Part shown: piece by piece, positions 11,400-23,817 of the stretch
Layout: each line of letters begins with the position of its first letter
How positions within the stretch are numbered: position 1 is the first letter of the stretch
NCBI GenBank assembly: GCA_000826855.1
Contig: JTLS01000051.1
Location: 1 to 37,326, forward strand
Direction of reading: 5' to 3'
Origin: Basidioascus undulatus
Taxonomy: Eukaryota
Length of the DNA: 37,326 nucleotides
Program-made: the position numbers and the translations under genes
The notes under the pieces: model-generated
What the model was told of the DNA's origin: nothing
Database searches by the model: none
The model's input: only the letters and a program-made list of their open reading frames with translations

Positions 11400-14300
11400 A
11401 TGGATCCCCCGACGTCCGAGATCCAGGCCCAGGAGCTCGAGGCGCTCAAGGCCATCTTCGGAGACGACTTCTCGGATGTAGAGCCCCCGAAAGCATGGAA
11501 GGTGAGGGTGTATTCCTGAAAAGGATAGGGAGGAACACGTCTGAAGGGATGGAGCTGGTCCGGACAGACCGCACCCTCCCTCCCCGAGTTCCGCATCAAG
11601 CTCCTCGCGCTCGAGGAGGAAATCAAGCCATACGTATCCATCACGCTCAATGTCAAGTGCGTTCCACCACCACCTTCAATTTCCATTGCGGGCTCTTTGA
11701 TCTTACAACCCTTTCCCACCCCACCCCCGCAGACTGCCCAAAACCTACCCCCGCGCACCCCCCACAATCACCTTCACCGACCCGCGCGGCCTGTCCGCCG
11801 GCCAGACAACCGCGCTCCTCCGCCTCGCGACGAGCAAGACGCGCGAGCTGCTCGGGACTGAGATGATCTATGAGGTGGGTGTGATGGTGGAGGGGCTGTT
11901 CGCGAGAACGAGGAGCTGAAAGGCTGCGGAAGGGCAGGTCGCGGTGTTCTGTCAGGTGAGAAGGGGTGCATTGAATGGGAGGAGGGGCAAGGCGGTTGGC
12001 TGAGAGGGGAGCGTTGGGATGGGCAGGAATGGATCACTGCGAACCACTCGGTCGTCCGCGCCGGGTCGGGCGCGTCGCTCGCGACGGAGATGAACCGGCG
12101 CGCGCAGGAGATCGAGCGGGTGAGTTTCTGTTTCCTCCCTTCCCTCTTCCCCCACCACTCCTGCAGCCTCGCATGCTTAATCCCGTATGAACCCACCACT
12201 CTAGGAGCAGCGCCTGCTGGCCGCGGCCGCCGAGGCCGCGCGGCTGCAAGCCGAGCGTGCAGAGGCGGACCTGCTCGCACAGCAGATCGACGCGGACGTG
12301 CGGCGCAAGCACGAGGCGATCCGGCTCGACCGGGAGCGGCATGCGCCCGCGGAGGAGGGCGAGGACGACGCGAGCGCGGGCTCCGGCGAGGCGGGGACGC
12401 TGAGGAAGAGCGAGAGCGCGTGGGTGGAGGACTTTGGGGAGGAGGTCGAGCTGCTTGAGGGAGGGGGGAGGTTTGGGGCGGTGGAGGTCGGGGCGGAGGT
12501 GAGGAGAGGTGAGTGCGTGAGAGGAAGGGAGATGGGAAGCGGAGGTGCTGATTTGGTGGGGAGGGTTGGAAGACGCCCTCGCTACGGTTTATTATGCCCG
12601 TCCCGTCATCCCTGGGCGGACCGACGCGCCGCTGCTCGACCTCGAAGTCTACACCATTTCCGACGCGTACTATCAGACAACGCAGGGTGCGTTTCCCCTT
12701 TCCCCCTCCCTTCCCTTGCCCTTCCCTTTCCCTTTCCCCTCACTCTCCCTCCCCTTTCCCTCCCCCAGGAAAGCGCAAGCTCCAGGAAGTCGAAAAGGAG
12801 CTGGCGCGGCTGCGCACCGTCCGGCACCCGAACCTTCTCCGCCTCCTCTCCTTCAAACTCGCGCGCAGCCGCGCGTTCGCGCCCGAGAGCTGGACGCTCG
12901 CGCTCCTGTGGGAGCGCCGCGGCGGGTCGACCCTTGCCGACTTGCTCGCGCAGTGTGGGGATCTGAGGGTGGAGCTGTGCAAGGTGCGCTTGCGTTCGGG
13001 GTGGGGAGGGGTGCAAGAGTTCCAGGAGGGGGCTGATGTGGATGCCGGGTGGGTTTGAGTTGGGCAGGACTACCTCGTCCAGATCTTGTCGGGACTGGAT
13101 CATCTGCATTCGCACAACCTCTGCCATAAAGGTAAACAAGCGCTCTAACCGATTCTCCCTAGCACAACAGCGCAAAGCTGTAACTCACCCTCTACTCCCA
13201 CCAGACATCACCGCCGACCAAATCGTCTTCGCCCCCAAGCCTTCCAAATCCTCCCTCGCCCCCACACCCAGCCCTCTAACCCCCACCGGCTCACGCCCCG
13301 CCCCACCGGCCCCGCAGACGCCGACGCTCCAGCTAGCCGGGGCGTCCTACCGCCGGCGGCTTCTCGACCTGCACCGCTCGAACCCTTTCTCCCCATCCCC
13401 GTCCACCGACGTCGACGCGGACGCCGCGGACGCCGCGCCCATGCCCGACGGGTGGCAGGCGCCCGAGGCGCTCGAGTCCCCGCACGCGTACACGCGCAAG
13501 CGCGACATCTGGCAGGTCGGCGTCGCGTTTGCCCAGATGCTCTTTGGCACGCACGTCCTCGACTTCCCGGACCTCAGGAGCGTTCTGGAGTCTTGTGCGT
13601 CCCCTTCCTTCTCCTTCACCTTCACCTTCTCCTTTCGCAGTGAGAAGCACCATTGCGCATGAGGGAGGCTGATGCTTGGGTTGGGTTGGTTGGGTCGGGG
13701 TGAAACGAACGAAACACACAGCATCGAACAACCTCCCCGCGTCCGTTGGCGACCTCCTCCAGAATATGTTCGAGCCGCAGCCCAAGCAGCGCGCGACGGC
13801 CGTCCAGATCCTCGACAAGCTGTGGGACGTGGCCTCACGCCCAAAGCGACCGTCCATGGCCATGCGCAAGTCGTCCGGTCCGTTTCTCCTCTGCCTCGCT
13901 CCCCACTTCCCCCGGTCTCTCACCACTTCTCCTTGTGCGCTGCGCTGCAGACGGCATCGCTGCGCTCCCACCCCTGCGCGAGATGCCCCCGCTCCTCGGG
14001 ACGACCCCGCCCGGCGGGGGAGGCTTCCTCAACAACAACAACATGACCTCCCTCGGCGCGTTCTGGCAGACCCACACGGCCAACCAGAACCCCGCCGGAG
14101 TGTCCAGGTTCAGGAACGACTTCAAGGAGGTCGAGTTCCTCGGTGCGTCGCGCGCTCTTTCGCCTTGCTGTGTGACCGGTGTCTGATTTTGAGGGGGGCG
14201 CGATGTGGATGGTGCGCGATTAGGAAAGGGCGGGTTCGGGGAGGTCGTCAAGGCGCAAAACAGGTTCGACAAGCGCTTCTACGCGATCAAGAAGGCGAGT

Positions 14301-17300
14301 GTCCTCGTGTCATTTTTGATTCGCCGTGCTCGGGTGGCTCACCGGCTTGATTCTCAATCGCAGGTCAAGCTCCGCGCGGGGGACAACGACGCTAAGCTGT
14401 TCCGCGAGGTGTCGGCGCTCTCACGCTTGAACCACCAATACGTCGTGCGCTACTTCGGATGTCAGGCCCGCCCTCATTCTACATGGACAAATTGGTTTCT
14501 CGGGATTCTAATGCGCTTGACTGTCTGGGGATGCAGGTTGGCTCGAGGAGATCGCCGAGCACCCCAAGCACCACGACGACTCGAGCTCGTCCCTCGCTGC
14601 TGAGTCTGGGCCGACTGACAGCCTGAGCTTTGACATGCAAGACGTCGTGCGGCCGCCTTCCATCTCTTCCAGGTCCAGCCCATCCTAACTGCCATTCGTA
14701 TCACCGTCCCTCGCAGCTCAACCCCCGCTTCGACGACTCGCTCTCGGTCGCGCGCGCCAAGAAGAAGCCGGCCGACGACGATGACGACGGGATCATGTTC
14801 GCTGCGAGCGAGGACGAGGAAGAGTCCGGCTCGGGCTCGGACTCGGACTCGGACCTTGAGGTCCTCTCGCCGACGAGCTTGGAGAGCTTGAGCCAGCCCC
14901 CGGCGGTGCGCATATCGAGTAGGCGCGGCGGCGCCCGACCGGGGGCCGTGGGAGGTCGCATACCCTCCAGGCCGCCGCCGGTCAAGCGGACTAGGATCTT
15001 GTACATCCGTGCGTCGTGGCGAGTCGCTCAGATGGGGATGAATGTGGAGCTAATGAGAATATGGAAACGGGCAACAGAGATGGAGTACTGCGAGAAGCTG
15101 ACGCTGGCTGAGGTGCGTTTGCTCGGTTGGGAGGAGGAGAGGGGATGATGCGCTGATGGGATGTGGGAGCCCGCTGTAGGCGATCGAGGAGGGCTTGTCG
15201 GCCGAGGAGCGGTGGAGATTGCTGCGGCAGATTCTGGAGGGTTTGGCTTACATCAAGTGCGTGACTCATACTGGCCTACCTGTTTAAACGCCCGAGTCGT
15301 CAGAACTGATCGCTCGAACGCGATCTACAGCACGCTCGGCATCATCCATCGCGATCTCAAGCCCAGCAACATCTTCGTGGGTGCGTGCCATCAAGGAAGT
15401 TTACGCCGAAGTTTCGGGACAGGAAAGCTAATTCGGATGAACCTGCTCTTAGATGCCAAGGTCTGTCTGATTCAGCTTGCGCAATGATCGAGCCAAATTT
15501 CTGACGCGTCCGAGCACACATAGGGCGATGTCAAGCTCGGCGACTTCGGCCTAGCAACGACCGACAACCACATCCTCTCGTCCGAGCGCGACCGCATCGG
15601 CAGCCTCGACCAGCTCTATCTCTCGGACCAGACGTCCGGCGTCGGAACGAGCCTGTACGTCGCGCCAGAGGTTGAGCGCGGCGCGCGCGGCGGGCGGTAC
15701 GACGAGAAGGTCGACTTGTTCTCTCTGGGCGTGAGTTGCTGTCAATCTATCGTTGTCGCCGCTGCACGTCGTGTTTTGACCCTACAGCTTTGGTTGCAGG
15801 TCATCTTCATGGAGATGAACATGCGCCTCGCAACCGGCATGGAGCGCGTGCAGGTCATCCGAGCACTCAGACTGCCTTCGGTGCAGTTTCCTACCAATTG
15901 GCCGACCGACCGCGTCAACGAGCGCAAGCTCATCGAGTGGATGTGCACGGTACGGCTCGCTTCTTTATCGAAGGGTGAACGTTGGCTGATGCGAAGGATC
16001 CATCACTGCAGCACGACCCCACCAACCGCCCTACCGCTGCCGAGGTCCTGCGGTCGAACCTCCTTCCCGAGCTCATGGAAGAGGAGTACTTCGAGGAAGC
16101 GCTGCGTGTGCTGGGCGAGTCTGATGTCTGCTCATGTCCATTCGGAAGTCCAACCTGTGCTGACCATGCGTTCCGCACGCTGTCGCACAGCCAACCCGGA
16201 GCAGCCGCACTATCAGCGCCTCCTCAAGACGCTCTTCCGCCAGCCCGTCAACCCGCTCCAGTTTTTCACCTACGACACGGGCGGCGGACCTGTCTCCGCC
16301 GATGCGATCCTCAGCATCGTGCGTGACCACTTGGTGCGCTTGTTCGAGAAGCACGGCGCGATTCCGCTACAGGTGCGTCTGTTGAAGGTGTTCAAAGGTG
16401 TTTCAGAGTTGTTACGCTTATCCGGAGACTCGACAGGCGCCACTGCTTTCACCCCGATCGCCGTTTGACGCCGAGCGCCCTCACGCGGTCCAGTTCTTGG
16501 ACTCGACCGGGTGCATCGTACAGGTGAGTCGTTCTTCATTCGTTTGGATTGAACGGTCAGAATACTGATCGTCGTTTGACTGAACAGCTACCTTCCGATG
16601 GTAGGCATTCATTGGTCTGGGGCACTTCGGCTACAGTCGACGCTGACGCGCCATTCTGTTTCAGGGATGCTACCGTTCGCCCGTCTTGCTGCTCGCCGAG
16701 GACTGTACCGGATGAAGCGTTTCTGGGTCGGCGCTCGGTACCGGGAAAACGTCGCCGGTGGGCAGCCGTTGCAAGGTGAGCGGCAATGCTGACGCGGCCT
16801 GCGTTGGCTGAGAGGGAACTCTGATCTTCGACCAAACCCCATCGCAGAACCGGAGGCCGACTTCGACATCATTTCAATCCAGAAAACGCTCGCTGCAGAG
16901 GCCGAAACGCTCTCGGTCGTAAGCGAAGTTCTGCTCATGCCGGGGCTCGGTTCCGAATGGGTAATCTGCATCAATCACTCGCGAGGTCCGTTACAGCCCT
17001 CTTTCCTCTGGGTCAAGGGCTTACGTTGATTAGTCCTGCTGTAGTGGTCGACCTCGTCCTCGAGCATATCTCGCCAAAGCAGCGCCCGGCCGTCGTCGAG
17101 CTTCTCGAACAACTCGGCAAGGGCTTGACGATGACGCAGCTGCGGTCGCAGCTCACCGGTCGACTTGGAATCAGCCGCTCAGTGATCGAGGAACTCGAGA
17201 TGTTCGACATCGCTGGTAAGTTTTCCATACGTCGATAATGTATGTCTCATGAAAGTGGAACCCGCGTTGACGGAGGGTTCTTTAGGCGAGCCTGCCACCG

Positions 17301-18980
17301 TGCTCAGAAAACTACAAGAACAGTTCCCTCACGCTCGCAGTGCGCTCGAAGAGGCTTTGTCCGAGACCACGGAGATGCTTTCGCTGGCGCGGCGGCTCAA
17401 GATCCGCCAGTCGGTCGTCTTCCGCCCCCTTTTCGTCGTCAACTACGGCTACTTCCGCTCGGGTCTGTTCTTCGAGGTCCAGCACAAGGGCAAGCGACGG
17501 GACGTCATCGCCGTGGGCGGGCGATACGACTCGCTTCTGGCCAAGGTACGCGCCGTCGTCTAGAGTGAGCATGCTGGTGGCGTCGGCTGAACATGCTCGC
17601 TGCAGCTCTCCAACCCGAGCAGGTCAAACGCGACCTCGCAACGCGCGGTCGGCGTTCAGCTGAACGTCAACTTGCTCGTCGATGCGCTCACCGAGTTCCG
17701 AGACGTCACGTACGTCCACCCCTTGTTGCAACTGAGCGCTCATGGCTGAGTTTAGCGCATCCATGTCAGCCTGAAGAAGCTGCTCAACAAGCGAAACGAG
17801 GCCGAGCGGTCTTTCGGCATCTGGACGCCACGTCGCTGCGATGTTTAGTACGTCTTTGACTCGCATGATACCAAATCGACGACACTGACGAGTTCATTTC
17901 CCAGCGTCGTGTCCTTCGGGCGAGGCCTCCTGCAGGAGCGGCTCGACATCGTGTCGGTACTTTGGGAAGCAGGCATATCGGCGGACTTGGTGCGTGCTTC
18001 ATGTGTGCCATGCCGTGTAGGACCACGCGTTGACAGGTTCTTCTACAGATGTACGATCACGCCGTAGGCGTGGGACCGGAAGAAATCGTCGACAAATGCC
18101 GCGCGGAGGGCATCGCTTGGATCATCATCGCGAAGCAGACTTCCGGCAATCGCGATGCGCTCATCAAAGTGCGGAGCACGCTCCGCCGAGCCGATCACGA
18201 AGGTTGTGCAATTTGTTTTCTTGATCTTGGTTCCACAACCTCCTTTAACATTCACTATGCCTGCAGTGCCGCGTTCCGAGCTGGTGACTTGGTTGCAGCG
18301 CGAGCTTGCGGAGCAGACCCGGGTCGACAACGCCCACGCTGGAACCTCGTCGGTCGCGACGACCGTCCGCGAGGCGCCCGCGCACGCGCTCGGTAAACCA
18401 GCACAAGTTCGCCAGCAGCTCTCGTCGCGCGGCAGTGAAGTGCACCTCGTTCTGCCTCATGACCGTGCGTAGCATTTTTTGTATGAGCCTCGCGGAAGAG
18501 CTGACGGACATTTTTTTCTACAGGGGGAAAGAAGCACAAGCGTCAGCGCCAGTTGGTCATGGAACGAGGTGCGCGTTGTCGACTATTGCATTTGATGCCG
18601 ATTCGGAGTTCGCTTCATGGGCTGATGTCTCCATCACTAAGCCGAGGAGTTCATGATCGGGCTGTCCTCGCATATTGCCGCAGCAAAGATTCCGGTGCTG
18701 GCGGTCGACATCTCTGGTCTCGTGAGCAGCAGTTCTTCATCCCCTGCTTCTTCCCGCAGACTTACAACTATCCTTGCAGGCATTCGCTCGCATGGGCGCC
18801 TCGACCGACTGGCTTACGGACGACGAGAAGTTCCGCCGGTGCACAGACGCAATGCCGTCCAACGAGGTTCACTACGGAATTCTCGTCCGAGAGAAGGTCC
18901 TCGAATACTCAGTCGGCCAGAAATGGCTGCTCCTCTTCTCTTTGCGCGAGAACCGCGCTTGCTTGCTCTCTTTTTCCTGA
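11400..18980 (+). CDS. GCN2: eIF2-alpha kinase Gcn2 (RWD, pseudokinase, kinase, HisRS-like and C-terminal domains; many exons)
   Basis: RWD start MDPPTSEIQAQELEALKAIFGDDF; kinase SRFRNDFKEVEFLG|KGGFGEVVKAQNRFDKRFYAIKK, LYI..EYCEKLTL, IIHRDLKPSNIF, VKLGDFGLAT, GVGTSLYVAPE, TGMERVQV; HisRS-like LFEKHGAIPL, EADFDII, VIAVGGRYDSLL; stop TGA at 18978-18980. Confidence 0.97.
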
Positions 18981-19167
18981 TTAAAACTATTCCCGCATTC
19001 GCATCTTCTCAATCCGTTATGTTGTGTGTGCATCATTTGTTTTCGCAACTCGCATCACTACCCCATTATAGTTAGAATGATTTGGGATTCACGTTATCAC
19101 GTCCGTTCTACGAGGGCTTCTTGCTGCAGGCGACACTGCCAAATGACGAAATCTTCACTTTTGCATC

Positions 19168-19670
19168 TCAGGCTCTCGTGGTCTCCATGGCGGCTTTACC
19201 AAGGGGCCTGCCTGGCGCCTGCGCCTGCCCCACCCGCTCCGTGCAGTGATACAGATCCTGCAGACTCTTCAGGCACTTTTCTTGCAGCACTTCCTCCGAC
19301 GCGGACTGGTTGGCCGCAAGGCACGAATCGTACGCCTTGATCTCGTTGGCACATGCCTGCTTGACAGCCTTGAGGAGGGGGACGCTAGATAGTTGAAGGG
19401 GGAGCTTGTCAGTGAACGCGATTCAGGCGCGCCCTGGTGAGATATGGCTCACTTGTGGTCGGCGCAGCGCGTCAAAGCAATCCTTTGCGGAGAGCAGATC
19501 TCCGCCCAGTTTCCCTGCTGGTTCTTGATGACGCACTGAACAGCAGCACGGCATGTTGAGAGATCAGAACTGGAGAGTTGATGCTCGAGCGAAACAATTA
19601 GGCGGACCTTCTGGTACATGTCCAGCTGGACAGCGCACTTCTCAGCGACAACATCAAGAGACCCGTCCAT
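19168..19670 (-). CDS. MIX14: Mitochondrial intermembrane-space double twin-CX9C protein (Mix14/CHCHD5-like)
   Basis: Spliced MDGSLDVVAEKCAVQLDMYQK|CVIKNQQGNWAEICSPQRIALTRCADHN|VPLLKAVKQACANEIKAYDSCLAAN...KCLKSLQDLYHCTERV...TTRA*, containing four CX9C motifs. Confidence 0.82.
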
Positions 19671-20154
19671 TATGAGACTAATGTGGCTGATGGGCGATGC
19701 AAAGGTGATGAGACCAATAAGACGGCAGCGATGGGCGTTGGGACGAGGAGAGAAGACCGAGAAGACGCGTCCGCCAGTAGGCTCGGACGACGTCAGCTTA
19801 TTAAGTTTATCGCGCAGCCGACCTTCTGTTTTGCAAAAGACCCCAGGACGTCTCTTTCCCCGGAAACAACTAGTATGACTCTCGGCAACGCCAGTTGCAA
19901 GCTCCACTCTGAAAGTAGGCGGCTAGCCGAAGTGCCCTTCTTCCCCCAAACGAGCACCTCGCCTGCTGGCCGATGGCCACGTATCATCAACATCCGCAGA
20001 GGTTTCGTAGCAAGATCGTATCAATTACGAGCGAGAGTCTAGTGATGGAGAATTAGAAGGAAAGAATAGGAAACCCAAGATGAACAGATGCGGAAATGGC
20101 AAGAAGGTAATATGAAATGGAAGGTCATCAATGTCCGTAATCAAAGCGAGACGC

Positions 20155-22492
20155 TTAGAGCGGGCGGAGGACGAAGTCCTCGTCGTTTTGAGGGACGGAG
20201 AGGATGCGGATGGCTGCAAGGGACCAAGCCGGCACAAGTCAGCTTCGCGTTGCCTGCATCGCATGACGAGAGAAGGAAGACGCACTGTTCGTGTGGCCGA
20301 GACCGCCCTTCCAGCCCTGAACGGCGACGATGGTGTCGCCCTTCTTGATGATGCCGAGGTTAAGCGCCTTCTGCAGGCCATGGCGGATGCGGTTGTCGAC
20401 GTCTGTCTGCCAACCGGCAGCGTCGGAGGCGCGGGGCTCGTTGTAGAAGAAGGGGTAGCAGCCGCGGTGCAGGTGGATCTGGCGCGCGGTCTGCTCGCTG
20501 CGGGTGACTGTAGGTACCCACAGATGAGATCAGCGCATGCCGTTGTTGCCCGAAAAGCCAAGTCGCGTACTGGTGAGGATGGGGCAGTTGGGGCGGTACT
20601 TGCTGAGGAGGCGGGCAGAGTTGCCGCTGCATTGCACAACGACGTCAGTCCAACGCATTCACCCTTGCTTGAAGGCGTTTAAGTACTCACGAGGTGGACA
20701 TGACGAGAATGGCGCCGGCGCCCTGCTCGAAGGCGGCCGAGACGGCCGCCATGGCGACAGTCTCGGCGGTGTCGGTGGGGCGGGGGGCGAGGCTGCGGAG
20801 CTCGTTGTAGAGCGTACCGTGGGAGATGGCAGACTCGGCGAGGAAGCAGGTCTCGGCCATCATGGTGACTGTTCAATGGCCCGCGATTCAGTGGTGCTCG
20901 CCGAGTCAGGTGGTCAAAATGGGCTGCTTACCGGCCTCGATGGGGTAAGAGCCCTTGGCGGTCTCGCCAGAAAGCATGACACAGTCGGCACCGTCGAGGA
21001 CGGCGTTGGCGACGTCGGAGACCTCAGCACGGGTCGGGCGGGGGTTGTAGGTCATGGACTTGGCGAGACGGTGACATCAGCTTGAGCGAACGACGGGTTC
21101 GAGAGTCGAGCCAGCGCACCTCGAGCATCTGGGTAGCACAGATGACGGGCTTGCCAGCGATGTTGCACTTCGCGATCATCATCTTCTGGGCCATGAAGAC
21201 CTGAGACGCGGGGATCTCGATACCGAGGTCACCGCGGGCGACCATGACACCGTCGGTCTCGCGGAGGATCTCGTCGAAGTTGGAGACACCCTGCTGGTTC
21301 TCGATCTTGACGATGATCTTGATGGCCGCGCCGGCCTCGCCGAGGACCTTGCGGATCTCGCGCACGTCGTCGGCGCGGCGGATGAAGGACGCGAAGATCA
21401 TGTCGACGCCGTTCTTGACGCCGAACTGGAGGTCCGCCCTGTCCTTCTCTGAGAGCGCAGGCAGGTCGACGTCCGTCTTCGGGAGGTTGACGCCCTTGCG
21501 GGAGGAGAGCGTGCCGTTGTTGAGCGCGCGCACGCGGAGGTTGTCGCCCTCGACGGCGAGGACGAGGAGGGAGAGGATGCCGTCGTCGACGTAGATGAGC
21601 TTGCCCGGTGCGATGACCTTGGAAATGTTGGCCTGCAGGGAACGTGTTCACATCAAGGCGTGTTTTTTTTCGGACAGCGCCCAGATATCAAAGGAGAGCA
21701 CGTACGTAGTCAACATACATATACTCGGCATCGCACGCCTCCTTATACTTCGGGTCGGTGGTAACGGTGAACTCGTGGCCAGCGTTGATCTTGACCTGTG
21801 GGCGCGCGAGGACGTAAGCATGCGTCCAGGATCCAAACGTGACCAAAATTGGACGCACGTCCTGGTCGTCCTTCATCAGACCCGTCCGGATCTCCGGGCC
21901 CTTTGTGTCGAGAGCGATGGCGAGCGGGCGGCCGTGGGGGTCGGCTGATGAGGCACGGGCAAAGTCAGTACCGCCATTCGTCCTGCTGTTCCATGCGGAG
22001 GGAAGACGCACCGGCGACGACCTTGCGGACGTTGTCGATGACGCTCTGGTGGTACTCGTAGGAGCCATGGGAGAAGTTCATGCGAACTGCGCCAAGCCAC
22101 TGTCAGTCTTCTTGGCTATGGAGGAGATGCGGAAGACGGAGGTGACACTCACCGATGTTCATGCCCGCCTTGCGCAGCTCGGCGAGACGCTCGACATTGT
22201 TGACCTTCGGGCCTGCAAGGATGGGAGCAGCATGTCATTGACTGAGCAGAGAGCCACCTTGTAGCAGTAGCGCAGTCTGGCGGCCGCTCCCCAACATCTC
22301 CTGATCCCTCCTCGCACCGCGGCATATGCATTCCCACGTGCCGCTTCCACCGTTCTCCAGGAGATGGCACGCACCGATGGTCGCAATGATGGAGGTCTTG
22401 CGGAAGTACTTGGTCTCCTCGCTGGGGTCAGGGCCAGTGCCGAGGCCAGCGAGCCACTCGAGCTGGGAGGTAACACGGTCGGATTGGAGCAT
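20155..22492 (-). CDS. PYK1: Pyruvate kinase
   Basis: [75 protein letters not shown], ending [18 protein letters not shown] (TAA at 20155-20157). Confidence 0.98.
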
Positions 22493-23817
22493 TCTGTTGG
22501 CGAATTGGGAGGTGCCGGGGGGTGTAGAGAGCGGGTAGTGGGCCGTGGGGGGGAGTTTTGGAAGAGTGGGAAGGGCAAAGGGGCGCTGGGTGTGAGCAAG
22601 ACTTGGAAGAGAGAAGAGCGTGGTGACGTCTGCTCTGCGAAGAACTCACGCGGTAGATAAGAGACAAAAAAGAAAAATGTAAGAGGCTACAGCGCGCGAT
22701 ATCGTGACTGATAGTGTCAGCGCGGCCGGTTCGCGAAGACGTTGGCAACGGCGAGGACGTGCCTTCTCGACGACGACGCGTTGGGGGTTGTGAGTGTGCA
22801 GGAAGAACACTGAGCTGGGGCCAGCCAGGCACGGACTCGCTGGCCAGAGATGTGGCCGCGATTGCAGCGGTTCAGCTTTCTTTGCCCATTTTCAGGAATC
22901 TGTAATCGATGGGGGCCCGCTATCGGCCGCCGCCGTCCGATCCCATCATGCGGTCGGCGCGGCAGCTGCATCGTCAACAGTGGCGACGATGGGCAGCTCG
23001 GGTCATCGTATGCGGATCTGAAGGTGTAGAATGCCAGGAGGAGGTAGCGTCTACCTCGATTGAGGGTGAGCGACCGCGCGGGAGGCAACGGACGGGCAGT
23101 CCCGGAAGTTCGTTTGCCGGAGCAGCACGAAGACCGCACTTTGCCGTTACGAGCCGACGGTGACAGTCCAACGAACACCCTGTCATATCTGTCGCTCGAG
23201 ATTTGTACATGAGCAAACATATGAGGATCCGCAGCTGTTCCAAAGAAGATGCAGTGGTATTTTCAGATTGACCGTCAAACTACTATCGCAATTCGGATCA
23301 GCGAGCTGTACAGGAGAGTGTGGAGTTCCCCACCCGCTCAACCAAGTCTCTGCCTTCCTCTAGAAAAGCACCGTGCGCAAGTCGAAGATATCAGAACCGG
23401 GCATGGTTCAGATATCAACTGTAAAGCCAAAAGTCCGCAAGGCAAGGCCGACCGATGCCTTGTCGATCCCACCGATGGAACTGCGATGTCCAACGATGAC
23501 CTGCAGTGTGCGGCAGCTCACGCTACATAACGCGGGGTCGCCTCGTACAAGCTGAAAGCCTGCACTGCCCTGTCGCTGTCCCCCAGTGCATTTTATGCAA
23601 CAGCCGGCAAACACAAAGAAAATCTCGGCTCTGATTCTCCAGACTTTCTGGCAGATAGTCTGCGCTTTCACATGATGCTCTGCGTCGTCTGTGACCACCT
23701 CAGTTCGCTCCTTGCTGCGGATGCTCACGATCGCATGCATTTTCCATGAATGCATCGTGATTATTAAATTGATTATTACAGCTGCTTGGGCTCCATTCAA
23801 TTCGCCCAATAAACCGT

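Noticed and set aside
22717..23809. Short ORFs between PYK1 and the transporter
   Set aside because: No family signature; consistent with promoter and terminator DNA.
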